IMG/VR virus record: IMGVR_UViG_3300029459_000073
Span: 1-7,806 of that record
DNA: 7,806 nucleotides
Direction: 5' to 3' (one strand)
Origin: a virus
Lineage: Duplodnaviria; Heunggongvirae; Uroviricota; Caudoviricetes
Shown: piece after piece, positions 4,664-7,806 of the stretch
Position numbering within the stretch: the stretch's first letter is position 1
Layout of the letters: each line of letters opens with the position of its first letter
Position numbers and translations under genes: made by a program
The notes under the pieces: model-generated
What the model was told of the DNA's origin: nothing
Seen by the model: the letters and a program-made list of their open reading frames with translations, nothing else
The model's database searches: none

Positions 4664-5023
4664 TCAATTTTGTAAATCTTCACACCCAGCCNNNNNNNNN
4701 NNNNNACCAGATACTGGCTGACCACGTACAATATTGATTTCATCAAACTGCTCATCGTCCATTAACAGTCCTGCATGCGTCAGCGCATCCAGCGGCGCTT
4801 TCAGGATATTGTCCAGGTCGCGACGGCGCTTATCCGGTGGCTCTGCCATAATCCTGATTACCAGCCTTCCGGACAGGCTTAATTTCAGCCGCTGCTGGCG
4901 AACAATAAGCGCCACAGCCCGGCGATAACGCTTTCCCTCCTCCGAGATAAAATATGTGCTGCCACGGCGTCGCCAGTAAGTGTTCACCGTCGGCGGGTAA
5001 GGTAAAACCAAATCTATGAGCAT
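4664..5023 (-). CDS. rusA: Holliday-junction resolvase RusA (3' end uncertain because of the N run)
   Basis: LPYPPTVNTYWRRRG...PPDKRRRDLDNILKAPLDALTHAGLLMDDEQ matches the RusA core (PDRRRRDLDN..K...DALT.AG...DD.Q). ATG at 5023 is preceded by AAGAGGTGA. The GTG at 5026 is the track start. The C-terminus after the N run is better explained by another frame ending at 4654 (see findings). Confidence 0.85.
   Translation of the reverse strand: MLIDLVLPYPPTVNTYWRRRGSTYFISEEGKRYRRAVALIVRQQRLKLSLSGRLVIRIMAEPPDKRRRDLDNILKAPLDALTHAGLLMDDEQFDEINIVRGQPVSGXXXXXAGCEDLQN
4692..4705. other. Run of 14 N (masked or unresolved bases) inside rusA
   Basis: Read directly from the sequence. Confidence 1.
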
Positions 5024-5035
5024 CACTCACCTCTT

Positions 5036-6082
5036 TTACCCAAGCACGCCAGTTGCAAAGGCGTGATCAAGAAAACGAAAAATTAAATCAACCTGAGAAC
5101 CATGCTTTTCTTCGAACGCCAGAGGATCCGCATGAAGCTCGTTGTGATGCTCCCGACACAGCGGTAGCGTGAAAATATCGTGAGATTTTGTCCCCATTCC
5201 GCCCTGACCATGACCAATCAGGTGATGGGGATCGTCGGCTGGCTTACCACAACACGCACACGGCTGTGTCTTCACCCAGCGTGTGTATTTCTCGTTAACC
5301 CAGCGGCGACGTTTAGGTCGTTTCATGAAAGATTCCGGAGACTCAGGATCAACGGCAATGCTGACCACCGTCTTTTCCTGTGGTGGGTTCTGTTGCTGGT
5401 GGGCGTGAGNNNNNNNNNNNTTTTTTGTGCGCTGTTTCAGTATGCTGGTGGCGGTCTGCTCTCCCGGTACGATGTCGCTTTCACGGTACATTGAGCGGAT
5501 TTTTTCCGCACGCAACCCCAGCGAACGACGTAATACCGCTTCCGGTAGCGCGTCCGCCACCTGATTGTGGACCGCCCACCAGGATAATTCAGCCAGCGAT
5601 AATTCCCGCTCCTGTGTGCCATTCATTGCGTGACGAATGACGTCAATCATCCATGCTGACAAGTTTTGGTGAGCAAGTTGCTCAAGTGATTCGGAGGTCT
5701 GGTCACGCAACTGGTTGTCGCAGTGCCAGCACAACACCATTGCGCCGGTACCATAACGGTGAATGACGGTTTCGCTGTGATGATAATCGCCGTGTGGCCA
5801 CTGGCAGGATTTAATATGGCGCAACAGCCAGTCAGACAATGCACCAGCACCACCAGCAGCACGAATCACCCGTGCGTTACTGAAAAACGGCAGCAATGTT
5901 TTGTCTTCCACCAGCGGCTGGCGAACGGCAGGAACGACCCCGGACGGCAGATTACGCATGCTTTTCGGTTCCGGCTCCACCAGTACCCGGGTATTGTGGA
6001 ATACCGGCATGGATTCACGGCCCGGCTTAACGATCACCAGCCCGAGTTCCGGTACCAGAACAGGTCGAAGTAATACTCGCAC
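5036..6082 (-). CDS. DUF968 / YdfU-like protein with two Cys/His (HNH-like) motifs
   Basis: A 348-aa ORF with a GTG start at 6082, 1 nt after the upstream TAA. The C-terminal CACCGKPADDPHHLIGHGQGGMGTKSHDIFTLPLCREHHNELH is an HNH-like metal-binding motif. A degenerate copy lies at aa 93-125. Size and position (before Q, after a hok locus) match ydfU of the K-12 Qin prophage. The frame is continuous across the 11-N run. Confidence 0.8.
   Translation of the reverse strand: MRVLLRPVLVPELGLVIVKPGRESMPVFHNTRVLVEPEPKSMRNLPSGVVPAVRQPLVEDKTLLPFFSNARVIRAAGGAGALSDWLLRHIKSCQWPHGDYHHSETVIHRYGTGAMVLCWHCDNQLRDQTSESLEQLAHQNLSAWMIDVIRHAMNGTQERELSLAELSWWAVHNQVADALPEAVLRRSLGLRAEKIRSMYRESDIVPGEQTATSILKQRTKXXXXXHAHQQQNPPQEKTVVSIAVDPESPESFMKRPKRRRWVNEKYTRWVKTQPCACCGKPADDPHHLIGHGQGGMGTKSHDIFTLPLCREHHNELHADPLAFEEKHGSQVDLIFRFLDHAFATGVLG
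5410..5420. other. Run of 11 N (masked or unresolved bases) inside the DUF968 gene
   Basis: Read directly from the sequence. It falls in the linker between the two Cys/His motifs and preserves the reading frame. Confidence 1.
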
Positions 6083-6083
6083 G

Positions 6084-6362
6084 TTACCTCCAGATGCGTT
6101 GCTGGAATGTGCGGGACGGACGCGGTGAGCGTTCGGAGTAAGGAAGCCTGACGGAGATTATCCAGTGACGATAATCGAGGCTGAGGGCTTTCTTAATCTC
6201 GTATCCGTGTCTGCGGTAGCACTGAATTAGCCACTCGGCCTGTTCTTCAGTGCATGGGGGATGCTGGAACCAGTCAGATTTGAAAGTGCGGGAACGCCGC
6301 CCGTGCCTGCTGGCAAAGACGGCAGAATCATCAGAATTGTGTAATTTGGTATCGTGCGCCAT
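6084..6362 (-). CDS. Hypothetical 92-aa protein (occupies the position of rem in Qin-type prophages)
   Basis: I use the internal ATG at 6362 of the 6084..6491 track ORF (MAHDTKLHNSDDSAVF...). The upstream 43 codons span the hok terminator hairpin, so they are unlikely to be coding. The TAA (6086-6084) lies 1 nt before the DUF968 GTG, suggesting coupling. I recognise no domain. Confidence 0.5.
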   Translation of the reverse strand: MAHDTKLHNSDDSAVFASRHGRRSRTFKSDWFQHPPCTEEQAEWLIQCYRRHGYEIKKALSLDYRHWIISVRLPYSERSPRPSRTFQQRIWR

Positions 6363-6434
6363 CGGTTGTCTCTGCTGGCGCAGCAGGTGCCAGTTGTTCA
6401 GGCTGGCGTGCGAATTGTAAACCAGAATGCCAGG

Positions 6435-6461
6435 AAAAAACAAAACCCGCCGAAGCGGGTT
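6435..6461 (-). terminator. Intrinsic terminator of the hok transcript
   Basis: The minus strand reads AACCCGC-TTCG-GCGGGTT followed by TTGTTTTTT (6443-6435). Confidence 0.8.
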
Positions 6462-6467
6462 ACGTGC

Positions 6468-6480
6468 GGGTGCGTTGAGG
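6468..6480 (-). promoter_or_regulatory. fbi-like 3' fold-back element of hok mRNA
   Basis: Minus-strand CCTCAACGCACCC is complementary, with one bulged C, to the predicted mRNA 5' end GGGTGCTTGAGG (6855-6844). Confidence 0.55.
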
Positions 6481-6529
6481 ATGCCTGACACATCAGAGGT
6501 GGCGAGGGATTTCTCCCTCGCCGGGTCTC

Positions 6530-6685
6530 TTACTCCTCAGGTTCGTAAACTGTGAAGACAGCGACCTCCGTCTGGCCGGTTCGGATTCGTACCTCGCAGA
6601 GGTCTTTCCTCGTTACCAGTGCCGTCACTATGACGGTTAAACAGATGACGATCAGGGCGATTAACATCGCCTTTTGCTGCTTCAT
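6530..6685 (-). CDS. hokD: Hok/Gef-family type I membrane toxin (51 aa)
   Basis: MKQQKAMLIALIVICLTVIVTALVTRKDLCEVRIRTGQTEVAVFTVYEPEE is, as I recall it, almost identical to HokD/RelF of the Qin prophage and clearly belongs to the Hok family. ATG at 6685 is preceded by AAGGAG (6700-6695). Confidence 0.9.
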   Translation of the reverse strand: MKQQKAMLIALIVICLTVIVTALVTRKDLCEVRIRTGQTEVAVFTVYEPEE

Positions 6686-6742
6686 AGCCTGCTTCTCCTT
6701 GCCTTTCGGCACGTAAGAGGCTAACCTACATGTGTCTAGCAT
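6530..6742 (-). CDS. mok: Mok-like overlapping reading frame (in-frame N-terminal extension of hok, 70 aa)
   Basis: ATG at 6742 with GAGG (6754-6751) 8 nt upstream. It shares the stop with hok, as for mokC/hokC in K-12. Confidence 0.55.
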   Translation of the reverse strand: MLDTCRLASYVPKGKEKQAMKQQKAMLIALIVICLTVIVTALVTRKDLCEVRIRTGQTEVAVFTVYEPEE

Positions 6743-6806
6743 GAAATTGGCCTCAGATTAATGTTAAGCGTCTTGCAGGACGCGTAATGTTAACTGGGGC
6801 TTTTCT
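6734..6806 (+). ncRNA. sok: Sok-like antisense RNA (approximate ends)
   Basis: The plus strand has TTGCCT (6699-6704), N17, TAACCT (6722-6727). The predicted 5' tail (about 6734-6757) is antisense to the mok ATG and SD. A 15-bp hairpin with one mismatch follows (6758-6793), then CTGGGGCTTTTCTCT. The ends are not determined. Confidence 0.4.
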
Positions 6807-6843
6807 CTATCTGCCTTTTGGTATTCATGCCTGAGACAGATAG

Positions 6844-6855
6844 CCTCAAGCACCC
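6844..6855 (-). promoter_or_regulatory. tac-like 5' element of hok mRNA
   Basis: The minus strand reads GGGTGCTTGAGG, starting 7 nt after the -10 hexamer. It resembles the GGCGCUUGAGGCU 5' end of R1 hok mRNA as I recall it, and it pairs with 6480-6468. Confidence 0.55.
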
Positions 6856-6861
6856 GCAGCA

Positions 6862-6889
6862 ATTCTACTTAACTATCCTTTCCCCGCAA
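6862..6889 (-). promoter_or_regulatory. hok/mok mRNA promoter
   Basis: The minus strand reads TTGCGG (6889-6884), N16, TAGAAT (6867-6862). The predicted transcript from about 6855 to 6436 is about 420 nt, the usual size class for hok-family mRNAs. Confidence 0.55.
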
Positions 6890-6896
6890 ATCGTTT

Positions 6897-6980
6897 TTAT
6901 CCCCAGCGACAAATCGAATACACCACCAGCGCCACCGCCATTGCGATCCCTACCGTTGTGAATGCCTCAGGCCAGGTCAT
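6897..6980 (-). CDS. 27-aa hydrophobic micropeptide ([27 protein letters not shown])
   Basis: Read by hand, as it is too short for the track. Its ATG (6980-6978) overlaps the TGA (6979-6977) of the 114-aa gene. It has one predicted TM helix and a TAA at 6899-6897. Confidence 0.35.
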
Positions 6981-7321
6981 CGTAAAACATCCTCTGCGCT
7001 TATCAGTCCGTTTCGCTTCAGGTAGTCCATCGCCTTACCCGGCAATTTACAGTCCGGCTTCGTTTTCCTCAGTTGCCAGGTTAACTGCTTTACCAGCATG
7101 GTTAACTCGTCGACCAGACGCTGATGTCCCACTGGTTTGTATTCATGCAATTTACCGGCTGGCTCTGCTGCCAGCGATGCCAGTGCGATTTCCAGAACAG
7201 CAATATCTATCTTATATGTGCGGATGATGTCATGGTCGATTGTGCCCGGTATGCACAGTCTCTGTGCTTCAATAGTCTCCTCTGCGTGAGCTATTAACTG
7301 CTCTCTGGTAAAAGTGGTCAT
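6977..7321 (-). CDS. Hypothetical 114-aa protein, predicted helical
   Basis: Its ATG (7321-7319) overlaps the TGA (7320-7318) of the upstream nuclease gene. There is no competing ORF, since the 6958..7227 plus-strand ORF is antisense and low-complexity. I recognise no domain with confidence. Confidence 0.65.
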
Positions 7322-7806
7322 GCCGCGCTTCCTTCTTGCTTATTAACGATTACACCGTCATATATTTCATTAAGGTGTCCCCTCAACTCCATGCGCCTTA
7401 ATGCAGACAACATGTAATCGCATTCAACCTGCTTATTTCCAGTAAATGGCTTATCGTCAGGATCACCCCAACAGCAATTACCCTTGGGCCACCCATGTAC
7501 TTTCCGTACTCTTCCGTTAACAACGTGAAGTAATCCCCAGCCAGGTGGTAAATCCTCAATTGAAATAATTCCCGGCTCACTAATAAAGAATCTCCAGTCG
7601 CCCATGCCAAGAGAGGGATTTTTACGGAAACGCTTTTTTCTATCTGCCAACAAGTCAGCACGAGAACACTTCGCCTCTATCAGGCATGATGCTGAATTTC
7701 TGAATCCCATAGCATCTGGCTGTTCTCCGGTACTGGTTACAGCAACAAAGCGGTCATGAAAGCAAACCTTGAACCCGTTGCGCTTAAGGAACCTGTACGC
7801 AATCTG
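7318..7806 (-). CDS. MmcB-like PD-(D/E)xK nuclease-fold protein (N-terminus beyond the right edge)
   Basis: The frame of the 7318..7710 track ORF stays open upstream to 7806 ([60 protein letters not shown]...). The PD ... IEAK spacing fits a D...ExK nuclease core. The [11 protein letters not shown] string after it is the signature I associate with the MmcB-like family (PF06319). This is recalled, not computed. Confidence 0.65.

Noticed and set aside
5410-5420. Whether the 11-N run hides a disruption of the DUF968 gene.
   Set aside because: Both flanks are in the same frame with the N run at face length. The total length (348 aa) also matches the YdfU size class as I recall it. There is no evidence of disruption.
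4248-6128. Plus-strand ORFs antisense to the Q-like, rusA and DUF968 genes (4248..4721, 4734..4928, 5180..5494, 5380..5640, 5723..6073, 5901..6128), and alternative-frame minus-strand ORFs (4830..5030, 5437..5622, 5647..5862).
   Set aside because: These are shadow ORFs of well-supported genes. Several depend on reading through the N runs.
6363-6491. The N-terminal 43 codons of track ORF 6084..6491 (MSGILNAPARNPLRRVLFFPG...).
   Set aside because: This extension is translated across the hok terminator hairpin and its U-tract (6435-6461) and has no RBS. The internal ATG at 6362 is the plausible start.
6958-7661. Plus-strand ORF 6958..7227 and minus-strand alternative-frame ORF 7398..7661.
   Set aside because: They are antisense to, or out of frame with, the overlap-coupled 114-aa and nuclease genes. 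They have low-complexity composition and no RBS.
1-7806. IS elements, integrase or att sites, CRISPR arrays, and long direct or inverted repeats at window scale.
   Set aside because: Reading both strands, I found no transposase or integrase-like ORF and no repeat-spacer periodicity. The only long-range inverted repeat is the hok tac-fbi pair, which is explained by known hok biology.

Overview
This window is the nin-to-lysis segment of an E. coli-type lambdoid prophage that resembles an Stx phage but carries no stx. Every credible gene is on the minus strand. Reading from 7806 down to 1, the order is: MmcB-like PD-(D/E)xK nuclease (5' end off-window), a 114-aa protein, an untracked 27-aa membrane micropeptide (these three linked by ATGA overlaps), a self-contained hok/mok/sok type I toxin-antitoxin locus with its own promoter and terminator, a 92-aa protein, a DUF968/YdfU-like protein with two Cys/His HNH-like motifs, RusA, a Q-like antiterminator, a candidate PR' promoter with a tR'-like terminator, a 65-aa winged-helix-like gene, about 560 bp of ORF-poor terminator-rich DNA, the NanS-p sialate O-acetylesterase, two micro-ORFs, a 60-aa membrane protein, a DUF826-like acidic protein, an S21-type holin, and a DUF1327-like gene (3' end off-window). 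Two short N runs (4692-4705 and 5410-5420) lie inside rusA and the DUF968 gene. I found no rRNA, tRNA, CRISPR array, IS element or att site, and no large, obviously new multi-gene system. The best candidates for undescribed biology are: (i) the Q-to-nanS-p gap, the slot where Stx phages carry stxAB, which here holds a terminator-insulated small wHTH gene, back-to-back convergent terminators and possible small RNAs; (ii) the ATGA-coupled micro-ORF relay, and a possible plus-strand RNA, between nanS-p and the 60-aa membrane protein gene; (iii) the overlap-coupled nuclease / 114-aa / 27-aa cassette next to hok. All family names come from my reading of the translations and from memory; no search was run.
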